NCBI GenBank assembly: GCA_027083135.1 | Contig: JALWQH010000023.1 | Coordinates: 543 to 64,542, forward strand | Length of the DNA: 64,000 bases | From: Desulfurococcales archaeon | GTDB lineage: Archaea > Thermoproteota > Thermoprotei_A > Sulfolobales > WAQK01 | Direction: 5' to 3' | Part shown: positions 1 through 10,754 of the stretch, piece after piece | How the letters are laid out: each line of letters starts with the position of its first letter | Position numbering within the stretch: position 1 is the first letter of the stretch | Position numbers and translations under genes: made by a program | The notes under the pieces: generated by a model | Database searches by the model: none | What the model was told of the DNA's origin: nothing | What the model saw: the letters and a program-made list of their open reading frames with translations, nothing else

Positions 1-750
1 TATGGAGAAACTATTGCCTATGGTCATGGATACAGCTATGGTCTCACCCGCCGCGCGGCCGAATCCTAGAAGTATTGAGGCCAGTACTGCTGGCTTGATT
101 ATCGACATCATTATGCCCACATACTCGTATCTAGCAGCCCCTATGCTGAGGGCAGCCTCACGGTATATTAGGGGCACAGACTCGTACGCCTCCCTTATAA
201 TGCTCGTCATGAATGGTGTGACCATTATTGCCAGCACTACTCCAGCGGTAAGTATGGTTGAAGGCGTCGTAGGAGTGCAGGAGAATAGGGGGATCATGCC
301 TAGATACGTGTTGAGAGGCTGCATTACATGGCTTTTAAGGGCTGGTGCAAGTATGTATGCTCCCCACAGCCCGTAGAGCACTGTGGGAAGCCCCGCCATG
401 ATTTCCACCATATTGACGAGATGACCTCTAAGACCGTGAGGGGCATACTCATCTATGAGTATGGTGAGGGAAATCGAGGCAGGTAGGGCTAGGAGCAGTG
501 CAACGATGGATGAGTAGAATGTGCCTAGGATCGGTGCAAGCATCCCATAATACTCTGCCTGCGGATTGGTTTCCGAGGGCCTCCAGACACTCGACTCTAT
601 GAAGCCGAAGCCCTCTCTCAGAAATATTGGTAGAGAGTTACCTACAAGTACCTTGAATAATAGGAGGAATAAGGCTACGGTTACCGCCGCGAATGGTAGG
701 AGAGCGTAGAAGAAGAGTTTATCGCTCCGCCCCCCCATACCAGGAGGCAT
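1..750 (-). CDS. pstC: Phosphate ABC transporter permease PstC (3' end runs off window)
   Basis: Manual translation from ATG at 750: MPPGMGGRSDKLFF...EIMAGLPTVLYGLWG...REAALSIGA...LGFGRAAGETIAV; directly downstream of pstS. Confidence 0.93.
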   Translation of the reverse strand, partial: MPPGMGGRSDKLFFYALLPFAAVTVALFLLLFKVLVGNSLPIFLREGFGFIESSVWRPSETNPQAEYYGMLAPILGTFYSSIVALLLALPASISLTILIDEYAPHGLRGHLVNMVEIMAGLPTVLYGLWGAYILAPALKSHVMQPLNTYLGMIPLFSCTPTTPSTILTAGVVLAIMVTPFMTSIIREAYESVPLIYREAALSIGAARYEYVGIMMSIIKPAVLASILLGFGRAAGETIAVSMTIGNSFSI

Positions 751-756
751 GCCTGC

Positions 757-1869
757 TTATCCCTCCATGAGGCTGGAGGCCTGGAGCCCCAGTCTCGCCA
801 CCTCTGGGGGTACAGCTACATAGCCTTCTACAATGTAGTTTAGACCCTCCGTATATATCCACTGGATGAATAGGCGTAGAGCTTCTGCCTTAGCTTCACT
901 ATTATACTTGGCCCATATTATTATATGGGAGAAGGCTGTAATGGGGTAGGAGTCGCTGCCTCCAGCATATATTATTGCGTTCAGCTCCCCGCTGAAATCA
1001 TCTTCGGGGGAGGAGGGCATAAGCCCTGACTCCAGGGCATGCCTAGCGGCAGCCTTTATGGTTCTAGGGGATGGTAGTACAAATACCCCATCCTTGTTTC
1101 TAATTGCAGCTAATCCCAGGTTGCCTTCAAGAGCATAGGCTAGTTCAACATACCCTATAGAGTATGGAGTGCTTAGAATAGTGGCTGTGACGCCTGGATT
1201 ACCCTTGCCTCCCACACCTCTACCAGTCTTGTCTACAGGCCAGTCTATAGTCTTACCCACTAGGTCTTTGGGCCATATGCTTGGAGCGGATTTCCTAAGG
1301 AATGTTGTAAATATCTGTGTTGTACCGCTGGCGTCTGATCGGTGGACGGCTATGATTTCACGGTGGGGAAGCTTGTCAGCTATGCCTGGATTAATGCTCT
1401 TTATCTTAGGGTCATCCCAGTAATTTATGGTTCCCTTATATATTCCAGCCAGGATTTCTCCAGTTAGGTTTAGGTGAATGCTTTTGGGAATGTCCGGAAT
1501 ATTGTAGACTACTGCTACTGCCCCCAGGATAACTGGGAGCTGTAGGACTTTGCCCCTATATTTCTCCCAGTCATCATGGCTTAATGGGGGATCGCTGCCA
1601 GCAAAATCAGCTAATCCCTGGAAGAATTGCTTCTGCCCAGCCCCGCTCCCAACGCTCTGATACTCTACGATTATTTTTCCATCATATCTCATGAATCCTT
1701 GAATCCATGCTTCAAGCTGGGGTTGCAGGAAACTTGAACCCGCGCCTCTTATAACGATCGTTTCACCCTCACTACCAGTGCTTAGGAGAACTCCTGCCTC
1801 ATAGAAGCCGGCCAGCACTATTATTGCAAGCACTGTAAGCGACATTATGCCCCGCATAGCTTCAGCCAT
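757..1869 (-). CDS. pstS: Phosphate ABC transporter substrate-binding protein PstS
   Basis: N-terminal TM; GAGSSF, YQSVGSGAG, FAGSDPPL, HRSDASGTT motifs. Confidence 0.95.
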   Translation of the reverse strand: MAEAMRGIMSLTVLAIIVLAGFYEAGVLLSTGSEGETIVIRGAGSSFLQPQLEAWIQGFMRYDGKIIVEYQSVGSGAGQKQFFQGLADFAGSDPPLSHDDWEKYRGKVLQLPVILGAVAVVYNIPDIPKSIHLNLTGEILAGIYKGTINYWDDPKIKSINPGIADKLPHREIIAVHRSDASGTTQIFTTFLRKSAPSIWPKDLVGKTIDWPVDKTGRGVGGKGNPGVTATILSTPYSIGYVELAYALEGNLGLAAIRNKDGVFVLPSPRTIKAAARHALESGLMPSSPEDDFSGELNAIIYAGGSDSYPITAFSHIIIWAKYNSEAKAEALRLFIQWIYTEGLNYIVEGYVAVPPEVARLGLQASSLMEG

Positions 1870-1892
1870 TCCTCAGCCCTGATAGGCAGCAG

Positions 1893-1985
1893 TATAGTGT
1901 CTATATAATTATTACCTGAATAGATTATAGTATCTATTTTCCACACTCTAGATATATAGATATATATAGTATCTCCAGATACTAT
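1893..1985. promoter_or_regulatory. Divergent pstS/phoU promoter with repeated TATAGT(A/G)TCT boxes
   Basis: Copies at 1893-1902, 1926-1935 and 1965-1974, plus inverted AGATACTAT at 1977-1985. Confidence 0.55.
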
Positions 1986-1988
1986 GTA

Positions 1989-3011
1989 TTGGTGGTAGGG
2001 TTGACTGTGCTTAGGAGGAGGGTTCAGATTGCAGGTGGCTCAACATTCATAGTATCGCTGCCTAAGGAGTGGGCTCGGAGCATAGGGTTGGAGAAGGGCT
2101 CGGAACTCCTCGTATCAGTTCTCCCCGACTATTCTTTAAGGATCATGCCGCCGAGAAGGGCATCCAGGGAGAGGAGGAGTATAAGCATAGTTATCGAGCC
2201 ATCCAGCATTGATACAGCAATAATAGAGATACTTTCAGCTTATCTTGCAGGTTATAGTGTCATTAAGATAGTGTTCAGGAACCTTGACTTAGAGGAGGTT
2301 AGGAGGATCATAATGGCTGCTAGAAGTAAGGCTATAGGATTAGAGGTTATTGAGGAGAAGACAGGGGAGTTCACGCTCTACTCAGTGATAGATACATTAT
2401 CCCTCCCGCTAAGCGAGGCCCTGGACAAGATAGTAGGCACTACTAGAACCATGCTTGAAGATGTAGGGGGATCCATCAGAAGGTTTAGGGAAGACGTGCT
2501 TAAAGGGGTTATAGAGAGAGATGAGGTTGTGGATAAGCTCTTCCTCCTAATCATGAGGCAGCTTAACCAGCTTCTACTAGGCGAATACACGCCCTCACAG
2601 CTGGGCTTCACAAGCCTTGCCGAAGCCCTCTACATGGTGGTTTTCATTAAGAGTATTGAGAGGATAGCTGACCACGCTGTCCTCATATCTGAGAATCTGT
2701 TAAAGATGGGTGAAAGAAGAGCCTCTCTTACCGATCAGATCTCGGTTCTCTTTGACAAGGTTAAGGAGGCATACATCAATGCTGTTAAAGGGTTTAGGGG
2801 CAGGGATAAACGCTATGCTGCGAAAGTCTTAGCCCTCACCAGGGAGGCGAGAAGCCTTGAAGAAGAGGTTAGGCAGAGTGCTGCAAGCATAGCAGGCTTC
2901 CCCGAACTACACCTCATACTCGACAGTATTAGAAGGATCATAGCCTACAGTATAGATATAGTGGAGTCGACCATAAATACAGCGCTGCTCAGAGAGGCTT
3001 CTGCAACCTAG
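1989..3011 (+). CDS. phoU: AbrB-domain/PhoU phosphate uptake regulator
   Basis: N-terminal RRVQIAGGSTFIVSLPKEW (AbrB-like); PhoU motifs DEVVDKL and ERIADH; divergent from pstS. Confidence 0.9.
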   Translation: MVVGLTVLRRRVQIAGGSTFIVSLPKEWARSIGLEKGSELLVSVLPDYSLRIMPPRRASRERRSISIVIEPSSIDTAIIEILSAYLAGYSVIKIVFRNLDLEEVRRIIMAARSKAIGLEVIEEKTGEFTLYSVIDTLSLPLSEALDKIVGTTRTMLEDVGGSIRRFREDVLKGVIERDEVVDKLFLLIMRQLNQLLLGEYTPSQLGFTSLAEALYMVVFIKSIERIADHAVLISENLLKMGERRASLTDQISVLFDKVKEAYINAVKGFRGRDKRYAAKVLALTREARSLEEEVRQSAASIAGFPELHLILDSIRRIIAYSIDIVESTINTALLREASAT

Positions 3012-3112
3012 GCTAGCCGCCTCGCATAGGCCTGCCTGGCTTCAGGCACGCCAAGTAGCTTCATGAAACATGTGGGAGCGGCTGATGCATGTAGACTAGG
3101 CATGCATGCTTC

Positions 3113-3892
3113 TCAGCCTTTCCCGCCTTTATAGAGGTTCTCCTCAGCCTCAAGTATCTCTCTAAACAGCTTCACTATGTCTTCCGTAGTCTTAGATACT
3201 ATGATCTCAGCGGCTTCCCTGGAGGATCGTGCAGGATCTCCTAGACCTCCAGTATCTGTTATCTCGTCGAAGTAGACGAATGTTGGGGCCTTAGCCCTAG
3301 CCTTAACGTTCGGCCTCCTAATCCTATCCATCCTGACTAGTTCTGGGCGGAAGAGCATGATCATGCTTGTCTCATGCTCGCATGCATGGCCCCAGGTCTT
3401 CGAAGGCTTAAGATGCTCCTCAATATACTTGCGGGCATAGGTTGTCCAGTGCACAATGTATACTCTAAGCCCATGCTTGGCGCGGATCGTTCCCGCAGCT
3501 GCTTGGAGTATGGGTAGGTTCCCCCCATGAAAGTTCATGTAGACCAGTCGCCTAGCACCATGGCGCGCCAGGCTTCCACCTATATCCTCCAGCACTTTAA
3601 GATATGTTTCAGGGCTCAGTGTTATGGTTCCAGGGAACCTCATGTGGTGCTCCGATATCCCGTAGTAGAGTGGTGGGAGCAGGTAGATTTTCAATCCCTG
3701 CTTCCAAGCCTCCTCTACAGCCATCCTGGATAAGTGCTCCGCCCTTATAGAGTCTGTTAGGAGGGGTAGGTGGGGGCCATGCTGCTCGAAGCTGCCTGTA
3801 GGCTGAACTATGAAGTCAGACTCCCTTATTGCTTCGCCCGCCTCCTCCCATGTCATTTCCCCGAGGAGAAATGGAGACTCCATTAAGAACAC
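3113..3892 (-). CDS. Creatininase / amidohydrolase family protein
   Basis: GSFEQHGPHLPLLTD, SEHH, NFHGGN, HACEHETS motifs. Confidence 0.9.
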   Translation of the reverse strand: MFLMESPFLLGEMTWEEAGEAIRESDFIVQPTGSFEQHGPHLPLLTDSIRAEHLSRMAVEEAWKQGLKIYLLPPLYYGISEHHMRFPGTITLSPETYLKVLEDIGGSLARHGARRLVYMNFHGGNLPILQAAAGTIRAKHGLRVYIVHWTTYARKYIEEHLKPSKTWGHACEHETSMIMLFRPELVRMDRIRRPNVKARAKAPTFVYFDEITDTGGLGDPARSSREAAEIIVSKTTEDIVKLFREILEAEENLYKGGKG

Positions 3893-4310
3893 CGTGCGCC
3901 ACTATGAATCGAAGGGCTACATAAACTATTCTGTCCATCCGCGGTTTTAACAGGTGGTGGAAGGCCAAGCGGATAGAGTTGCAAGTGTGAGATAGTGAGA
4001 TGTAGAACACATAGAGGAGGAAGAGAAGAGTTATTGATTTAAGTATATTAGCCTCTATTACGGAAAGTTTTTGAAGCCTAAGCTGTAAAATACTGATGAA
4101 ATAGTGGAGAATGGCTGCCAGCGCTAGTCTGATCCCCTAAGCATTTGTGTTGGCTAATCCTCCGAGCCGTGTCTGGCAGCTTTGGGAGGCCTAAAACACC
4201 TGGATATTATTTCAGGCAAACCACATGTACAGTTAATACTGCATTATTGCTTCTCTATCCTTGCAGTGCTAAATAATAGTAAAGATTTAATGTCCGCCAT
4301 GTATAATGTA

Positions 4311-5207
4311 TTATATCTCTATAGGGTGATGCGAGAGGAATTCTCCAAGCACCTTGTCGCTGGTAGGTGCCGCAGGAGGCCTGGAGAACGGCTTGACAGG
4401 GGTTCCAGCCATGTATAGTATTTTCTTAATGTTTGCGCCTAGGTGGCCTGGAAGAGTGTAGAGCCTGGAGAGCTCTAGGATCTTTGAGTAGAGTTCTGAT
4501 GCTTCTGCTAGGTTCTTCTTACTCCAGGAATCATATAGTCTAACTAGTGTGCGGGGATAAGCGTTGGCCAGTGCTGCCACCATGCCGTCCCCGCCTAACA
4601 TGAGGCATGGTAGTGAGAGGTAGGCGCTGCCTGTGAGCACCGAGAACCCTGGCCTCCTAGCCTTAGCTTCATCCACTAGTCTAGCCAGATATGTGAAGCT
4701 ATCATAGGTTACCTTCACGCCCACCACGTTATCATGCTCCTCTATTAGGCGGAGGATAACATCTATGGGTATGCTTATCCCCGTTATACCCGTATTATTG
4801 TACAATATTACCGGTATGTCAGCCTTCTCAGCAATGTTTGAAAAGTGTCTGAACATGGTTTCCGGGTCAGGCCTGTAGTAGTAGGGTGGTGCAACAACTA
4901 CGGCGTCAGCCCCTGCATCACGCGCGGCTCCAGCCAGCTTGAGGGCCTGCTCAGTAGAGTTGGATGTAACCCCAGCGTAGACCTCCACCTTACCCCCCGT
5001 CTCCTCCACAACGAAAGCGTTAAGCCTCTCTACCTCCACTGAATCAAGGTGGACGAACTCCCCTGTACTGCTCGAAGGAAATACTCCATGAACACCTGCC
5101 TCCACAAGCCTGCCGAGCAGCCATTCTAAGGCATTGTAATCTATGCTTAGATCCTGTTTGAAAGGAGTGATTAGGGGAACTATTACTCCGTGAACATGTG
5201 TTTCCAA
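4311..5207 (-). CDS. Dihydrodipicolinate synthase / KDG aldolase family protein
   Basis: PLITPF, STGEF, PPYYY, ILYN and Schiff-base GVKVT motifs. Confidence 0.9.
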   Translation of the reverse strand: METHVHGVIVPLITPFKQDLSIDYNALEWLLGRLVEAGVHGVFPSSSTGEFVHLDSVEVERLNAFVVEETGGKVEVYAGVTSNSTEQALKLAGAARDAGADAVVVAPPYYYRPDPETMFRHFSNIAEKADIPVILYNNTGITGISIPIDVILRLIEEHDNVVGVKVTYDSFTYLARLVDEAKARRPGFSVLTGSAYLSLPCLMLGGDGMVAALANAYPRTLVRLYDSWSKKNLAEASELYSKILELSRLYTLPGHLGANIKKILYMAGTPVKPFSRPPAAPTSDKVLGEFLSHHPIEI

Positions 5208-5288
5208 GGCCTTTCATCCACGAGGACTCTGTGCAGCCGACAATAATATCCATTAACCCGAATAACCCTACCTTGCCTCCAAGCCCTC

Positions 5289-5705
5289 CTAACGCTTAGC
5301 CTCTTGAACTACTAGCGGTATGAACCATGTCTGCACCACACCCTGTATCCGTCTAATGTTTCTCAGCAAGGTCCGAACCTCCCTCCACCTAGCCTCTAAC
5401 ACAGCTATATTGACACACAAGCCATCGCTAAGCATTTGATGGTAGAAGGATTTTATGAGGGCTTGGTGGAGGTGAATAGCATCTATCACCTTCCTATCCG
5501 CAGAGGGCCTAGCCTCATGATCCGTAAGCACAATCACTAGGCTATCAAATGGTTCTCCCCCAAGCTCCTCTGGAAACCTCGATGAAATATAGTCTCTAAG
5601 CGCCTGCCTTATAAACTCGGATCTACCAGTATACCCGTATTTCCCAGCATACTCGTCTATCCTCTCCAATAAAACTTTGGGCAGGGATACACTGATAATA
5701 GGCAT
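5289..5705 (-). CDS. NikR-like ribbon-helix-helix metal-responsive regulator
   Basis: IISVSLP...GYTGRSEFIRQALR RHH plus C-terminal His/Cys domain; divergent from a metal ATPase. Confidence 0.85.
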   Translation of the reverse strand: MPIISVSLPKVLLERIDEYAGKYGYTGRSEFIRQALRDYISSRFPEELGGEPFDSLVIVLTDHEARPSADRKVIDAIHLHQALIKSFYHQMLSDGLCVNIAVLEARWREVRTLLRNIRRIQGVVQTWFIPLVVQEAKR

Positions 5706-5795
5706 GTTTAAACCACCATATATTATGAGGCTGGAGGAATCCTATTAATCCTTATATAATAATTATTTTCTATTTTACCAACAAATTTTATTATA

Positions 5796-7628
5796 TTGGA
5801 CTTGGAGAATCCTGGCGGGGATGGCTGCTTGAGGGCTGGGAGGCTCCTAGGAAGCATGAATGCCTGGGCGTGGCTCCTAGTAGGAGCTGTTAGCCTTACT
5901 TCTATGGTTTTCATGCTGCTTGGAGTGGAGGGTTTAGGATTCATTATACCTGCCTTATCCCTGCTACTTCTTGCAAGAGCCGCCTATCTAGCCTTGAGAC
6001 GCAGGATTTCCGTCGATGTCCTCATGGGTGTAGCTGGGCTGGCAGCATGGATGATGGGGCTGCTTATTGAAGGGTTGCTTATACTGCTCTTATACTCTAT
6101 AGCCGAGCTTGTGGAGGAGTGGGCGGAGCGGTATGCTGAGAGAAGGCTTGTAGGTTTGAAAAGCCTGCTGCCTAGAACAATAATGGTTGAAGATTCAGGG
6201 GAAAATATGGCGGTAGACCATGTAAAGGCAGGACAAGTATATCTCCTAAGGCCTGGCGACATGGCTCCGATAGATGGTGTGATAGTTGAGGGCTCATCGT
6301 TATTTGACACCTCCTATATAACAGGGGAATCTATGCCTAGGAGCCTGAAGCCTGGCGACACTATTTTCAGCGGCTATGTTAATATGGGGGGTCTTGTGCA
6401 TGTGAGGGCTACGCGTAGGGCTGAGGAGTCTCAGCTTCAAGTGCTCTTAAGGGAGGCGGAGAAAGCCCTAGCTAGGAAGTCTAGGATTCAGAGGAGGATT
6501 GAGAGGCTGGCTGGGCCTTATATTCCACTAGTATTGCTGGCTTTCACAGCTGTCTCGTTTTCAGCCTCTCCTCTTAGAGGCCTTCCAATACTCCTGGCAG
6601 GCTGCCCCAGCGCCTTCATATTATCCTCCAGTACAGCTACCACGCTCTCCATAGCCTTGCTTGCCAGGAGATCAGTAGTGGCTAGAGGGGGCCTGGCCTT
6701 AGAGAAAATAGCTGGGGCAAGAGTAGTGGTGCTGGATAAGACAGGCACGGTTAGCAGGGGTGTCATGAAGCTAGGTTCCATTATTCCTTTGAACGGGTAT
6801 AGTGAAGAGGAGCTGCTGGAGTATGCTGGTGGTGCGGCTAAGGGAAGCATTCACCCAGTATCCAGGGCCATAGCGCCTTACAGTAGACTTGTGCCGAGAA
6901 GAGTAGATGAGGTTCCTGGAGAAGGGTTGATAGCTGAGGTTGATGGTAGGCTCGTGCTCCTTGGTTCTAGGAGGCTTCTAGAGGAGCAGGGAGTGAAGGC
7001 TCCCCCTAGGCTCTGCAGGGAAGGGTTAGTGGAGGTTCTAGCTGCGATTAACGGTGAGATGGCTGGGGCACTCTGCCTAGAAGAGGATGTGGAGAGCTCC
7101 CGTAGGATTGTAGAGGAGCTTAAGAAGCTGAAGCTCCATGTAGCCATGGCTAGCGGTGATGCAGCTGAAAGAGTAGATAGGGCTGCCCGTCTCCTAGGAA
7201 TTAACGAGTATTGGGGCTCATTACTCCCTCAAAGCAAGGTTAACGTGGTGAGAAGGCTGCGTAGAATATATGGGAATGTGATGTATGTTGGAGATGGAGT
7301 GAATGATGCCGGCGCATTAGCCGAGGCTGATGCAGGCATAGTTGTCGGCAGCCTACGCATGATATCAGGTATGGGGGATGCTGTCCTCCCTGAAGGTGTG
7401 GATCGCCTCCCCCAGCTCATCAGGGCTTCAAGAAGGTATGTGAAGACGCTTAACGCCTCTCTAATCCTAGCTGTAGTGGTTAAGGCATTGGTAATGGCTT
7501 TAGGAGTAATGGAAGCTATACCGCTCTGGGCTGTCGTGGCTGCAGGTGATGATGGCGCCACCCTTGCCTCTATAGGCCTCATCGGATACCTGTTAAGCCA
7601 TTCCCCTAAGCATGAGGCCAACCATTAG
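5796..7628 (+). CDS. P1B-type heavy-metal translocating ATPase
   Basis: TGES, GCPSA, DKTGT, HP and GDGVND motifs; start uncertain. Confidence 0.92.
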   Translation: MDLENPGGDGCLRAGRLLGSMNAWAWLLVGAVSLTSMVFMLLGVEGLGFIIPALSLLLLARAAYLALRRRISVDVLMGVAGLAAWMMGLLIEGLLILLLYSIAELVEEWAERYAERRLVGLKSLLPRTIMVEDSGENMAVDHVKAGQVYLLRPGDMAPIDGVIVEGSSLFDTSYITGESMPRSLKPGDTIFSGYVNMGGLVHVRATRRAEESQLQVLLREAEKALARKSRIQRRIERLAGPYIPLVLLAFTAVSFSASPLRGLPILLAGCPSAFILSSSTATTLSIALLARRSVVARGGLALEKIAGARVVVLDKTGTVSRGVMKLGSIIPLNGYSEEELLEYAGGAAKGSIHPVSRAIAPYSRLVPRRVDEVPGEGLIAEVDGRLVLLGSRRLLEEQGVKAPPRLCREGLVEVLAAINGEMAGALCLEEDVESSRRIVEELKKLKLHVAMASGDAAERVDRAARLLGINEYWGSLLPQSKVNVVRRLRRIYGNVMYVGDGVNDAGALAEADAGIVVGSLRMISGMGDAVLPEGVDRLPQLIRASRRYVKTLNASLILAVVVKALVMALGVMEAIPLWAVVAAGDDGATLASIGLIGYLLSHSPKHEANH

Positions 7629-7650
7629 GCATAGAGGGTATCATATACGC

Positions 7651-9681
7651 TTATGCTTTCTTAACCCGCACTGTTATTGAATTGTAGGTTGAGCCTCCGC
7701 CTATCTTCTGGGTGATGGGGGGTGCCAACGTGTTGAGAGGCTTACCGTTGAGGCCTGTGAGCAGTTTGGGTGCCCATAATACTCCTGGAGGAACCTTATC
7801 TGTTATTAATGCCTGTACAACTACTTCGCCCTGCTCATTGTAGAGGACAACCCTGTCACCGCTTCTTACCCCCAGTCTTGCTGCGTCGTCAGGGTTTACA
7901 TGGACTACTGGGGGTATAGGGCCGTAAACCTCTCTGAACTGCGTGTGAGTATAGTTTGGGTGGGAGCTGTTCAACAGTATGAAGCCCTGGGCTTCGGGGA
8001 GAGGAGGTATGCTGGGCAGGGGATCTAAGCCTAGGCTGCTAGCCCTAGTGGAGTAGAACTCTATTCTACCTGTAGGTGTCTGATACTTGTTTTTCTGCCT
8101 AGCCTTAAGCCGCAGTGTTTTCCCTGCAAGCAGATCGCTGAAGGATCCGTTCATCAAGGCGTTCTCCAGGCTTTTCTCCACGGCTCTCCACGGATCCTCA
8201 TATACCCATTCCTCCCCGACGCCTATGAGTTCTGCAAGCCTTCTTGAAACCCAGAGTTCGCTTCTACTCTCACCTAGAGGCTCTACTACACGGTGGGAGA
8301 GCCTAATATAGCCGTGGCTATACGAGACAACTAGGTCATCTTTCTCGAGGAATGTGGGTGCTGGTAGCACGATGTCCGCGTAGGCTGTTGTCTCATTCCA
8401 ATGGGTCTCATGAACCACTACGAACACATCTCTCCTCGCCAGCCCTCTTCTAAGCAGATCCTGTGCCGGCAGGGTGGCTGCAGGATTTGTGCCGTAAATA
8501 TATATGAACTTGAACTCCCCGCGGGCTACGTGTTCCGCTAATGCAACCTGGCTCACCACGCGGGGCTTCCTGGCCGACAGCTTCTCCCCTGTAAGATAGC
8601 CTAGATCAATGATCCAGGCCGAACTGTTACTATAGTAGAAGCCTCTATGAAGGCCTAGCAGGGCTGGCAGCAGCGCCACTGCCCTCACAGTCTCCGCGCC
8701 GCTAACTGTCTTCTGAGCTCCGAAGCCTATCATAGTGGTGCTGGGCTTATTCTCACCATAGGCTTCTGCAAGGCTCTCGAGAAGCCCTGGCCTAACACCT
8801 GTAGCCTCCTCAACTCTCCTCGGAGTCCATTCCAAAGCCCTCTCCTTATACTTCTCATACCCATAGCTCCACTTCTCCAGGAAGCCTTCATCCACGTAGC
8901 CGCGGGTTATGAGTATGCGTGCGACACCATAGGCTAGGGCAGCATCGCTGCCTGGCTTAGGGGCAACCCATATGTCAGCCAGACCTGCAGTTTCACTCCT
9001 CCTAGGATCAACCACTGCTATTAGTGCCCCCCTCATCCTAGCATCCAGGCTCAGACTCCACAGGTGAGGAGCACTAATAGCGGCATTGAATCCCCAGAAC
9101 ACTATGAGCCTCACGTTGGGCAGCTCTTCGGGCATAACCCCGTAGGAGAGGCCATAGTGGAGGCGTAGTGCAGCATGCCCTGAGGCGCTGCAGACAGCAT
9201 AATCGGTTCTCGATGCTCCCAGCGCGCTCCACAGTCTGAGGGGTAAATACTGTGTGAGGAGGCCCATGTCCCCCGAATACTCTAGGTGGAGCACAGCGCC
9301 TGAGCCATGCCTCTTTAAAACCTCGGCCAGCTTTTCCGCCGTGATCCTTAGAGCCTCATCCCAGCCTACCCTCCTCAGCCTCCCCCCAGGCTTACCTCCA
9401 ACCCGCAGGTATGGGTGGAGAATCCTCCCCCTAAGCATCCTCACATGATCCATTACTCCGCGGGGACATAGGAACCCCCTGGTAACAGGGTTCCTAGAGT
9501 CTCCTCTAACTCCGGCTACCCGTCCCTCCTCAACATCAGCAAGCATGAAGCACGTATCATAACAGTCCCTGGGACACACGGCTGCTACATGCATACCTCT
9601 GGCACCAGGCATAACTCTTGGTTGGAGGGATGAATACACCCGGTTATAAGAATAGCATCTCCCAGTAGATCCTGCAGGCAA
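7651..9681 (-). CDS. Molybdopterin-dependent oxidoreductase (true start probably near 9594-9612)
   Basis: CPRDCYDTC...LCPRG Fe-S motif, ADIVLPA, C-terminal dinucleotide-binding domain. Confidence 0.9.
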   Translation of the reverse strand: MPAGSTGRCYSYNRVYSSLQPRVMPGARGMHVAAVCPRDCYDTCFMLADVEEGRVAGVRGDSRNPVTRGFLCPRGVMDHVRMLRGRILHPYLRVGGKPGGRLRRVGWDEALRITAEKLAEVLKRHGSGAVLHLEYSGDMGLLTQYLPLRLWSALGASRTDYAVCSASGHAALRLHYGLSYGVMPEELPNVRLIVFWGFNAAISAPHLWSLSLDARMRGALIAVVDPRRSETAGLADIWVAPKPGSDAALAYGVARILITRGYVDEGFLEKWSYGYEKYKERALEWTPRRVEEATGVRPGLLESLAEAYGENKPSTTMIGFGAQKTVSGAETVRAVALLPALLGLHRGFYYSNSSAWIIDLGYLTGEKLSARKPRVVSQVALAEHVARGEFKFIYIYGTNPAATLPAQDLLRRGLARRDVFVVVHETHWNETTAYADIVLPAPTFLEKDDLVVSYSHGYIRLSHRVVEPLGESRSELWVSRRLAELIGVGEEWVYEDPWRAVEKSLENALMNGSFSDLLAGKTLRLKARQKNKYQTPTGRIEFYSTRASSLGLDPLPSIPPLPEAQGFILLNSSHPNYTHTQFREVYGPIPPVVHVNPDDAARLGVRSGDRVVLYNEQGEVVVQALITDKVPPGVLWAPKLLTGLNGKPLNTLAPPITQKIGGGSTYNSITVRVKKA

Positions 9682-9704
9682 GGGGGATGGAATTAGGCTG
9701 GAGC

Positions 9705-10595
9705 CTAGGCCCCCATGGCGGCCAGACTCAAAGCTGTGACGGCTAGTATTGCTGCTACAAGGTGGCGGAGGCCTGGTTTCTCCCTAGCACTCCCCACGAG
9801 AGGAGATAAGAGAGCCGCATACACGCTGTTCATGGAGACGAATACTACAACCAGGGCTACTGGTATGAGGCTGAGGGCCTCATAGCGGAGCATCTGCCCC
9901 ACAGATACCAGGATCCCTGCAGCCAGAGCGAAGCCCAGATACTTGTCAGCCACAAGTATTTCTCGGGGGAAACCTTTAATCACAAGGGTGTAGGGAAGCA
10001 TGACTGCGAGGGCAGCCAGATATGAGGCGAAGACGCCTGCAACAGGGAACCCACTGCTCTCGCCAGTATACCTCACTAGGAGCGTAGTGGAGGCATACAC
10101 GAAGGCTGCTGCAAGGCCTGCAGCAAGGCCTAGGATCCTATCCCTAGGACCAGCACCCATACCACTAGGCTTAGTGCCCACCAAGTATACTGCGATTGAG
10201 ATCAGGGTTACTGAGGCGCCCAGCCTAAAGCCTATCCCCTCGCCAAGCAGAATCCAAGCCAAGATCGACGCAATTACTATGGAAGGACTAGCCGACACAG
10301 CAGCACTAGCAGCCCCTATGCGTCCAATAGAATAGTATAGCAAGCTGCGGCCAACCACGAAGTGCAGCACGCCTGCAAGAGCGTAGAGGCTCCATCCCCT
10401 CATGCTGAGGCTCCAGAGCTGGCCGCTTAGAGCCGCTGCTGCTAGGAGTATTGGTGTGCCTAGGATTAGGCTTAGGAGGACTATGGTTTGAGAACTCATC
10501 CTCCCCGAGGCTGCACGCACAAACACAATGTTAAAGCCGAAGCCAAGGCCAGCCAAAAAAGCAAAAACAACGCCAACCGCAACACCGTAAGCCAT
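9705..10595 (-). CDS. EamA/DMT family transporter
   Basis: About 10 TM helices in two repeats, WILLGE motif. Confidence 0.85.
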   Translation of the reverse strand: MAYGVAVGVVFAFLAGLGFGFNIVFVRAASGRMSSQTIVLLSLILGTPILLAAAALSGQLWSLSMRGWSLYALAGVLHFVVGRSLLYYSIGRIGAASAAVSASPSIVIASILAWILLGEGIGFRLGASVTLISIAVYLVGTKPSGMGAGPRDRILGLAAGLAAAFVYASTTLLVRYTGESSGFPVAGVFASYLAALAVMLPYTLVIKGFPREILVADKYLGFALAAGILVSVGQMLRYEALSLIPVALVVVFVSMNSVYAALLSPLVGSAREKPGLRHLVAAILAVTALSLAAMGA

Positions 10596-10754
10596 GATTC
10601 ACCAAGGATCCCGCACCCTCCTCATAATATATAAGCATGGATTCAGAAGCCGTTCCCAGAAGCATGTCTTTCCCAGGGAATTATAGGTTATTACTGCTTA
10701 TCCGCTGGGCAGAGGTATTTTAGTAGGAGGATCAGCAATATGCCTTGATGAGCC

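Noticed and set aside
4093-4131. TGATGA...CTGA possible C/D sRNA
   Set aside because: Too short, with no convincing internal D'/C' boxes.
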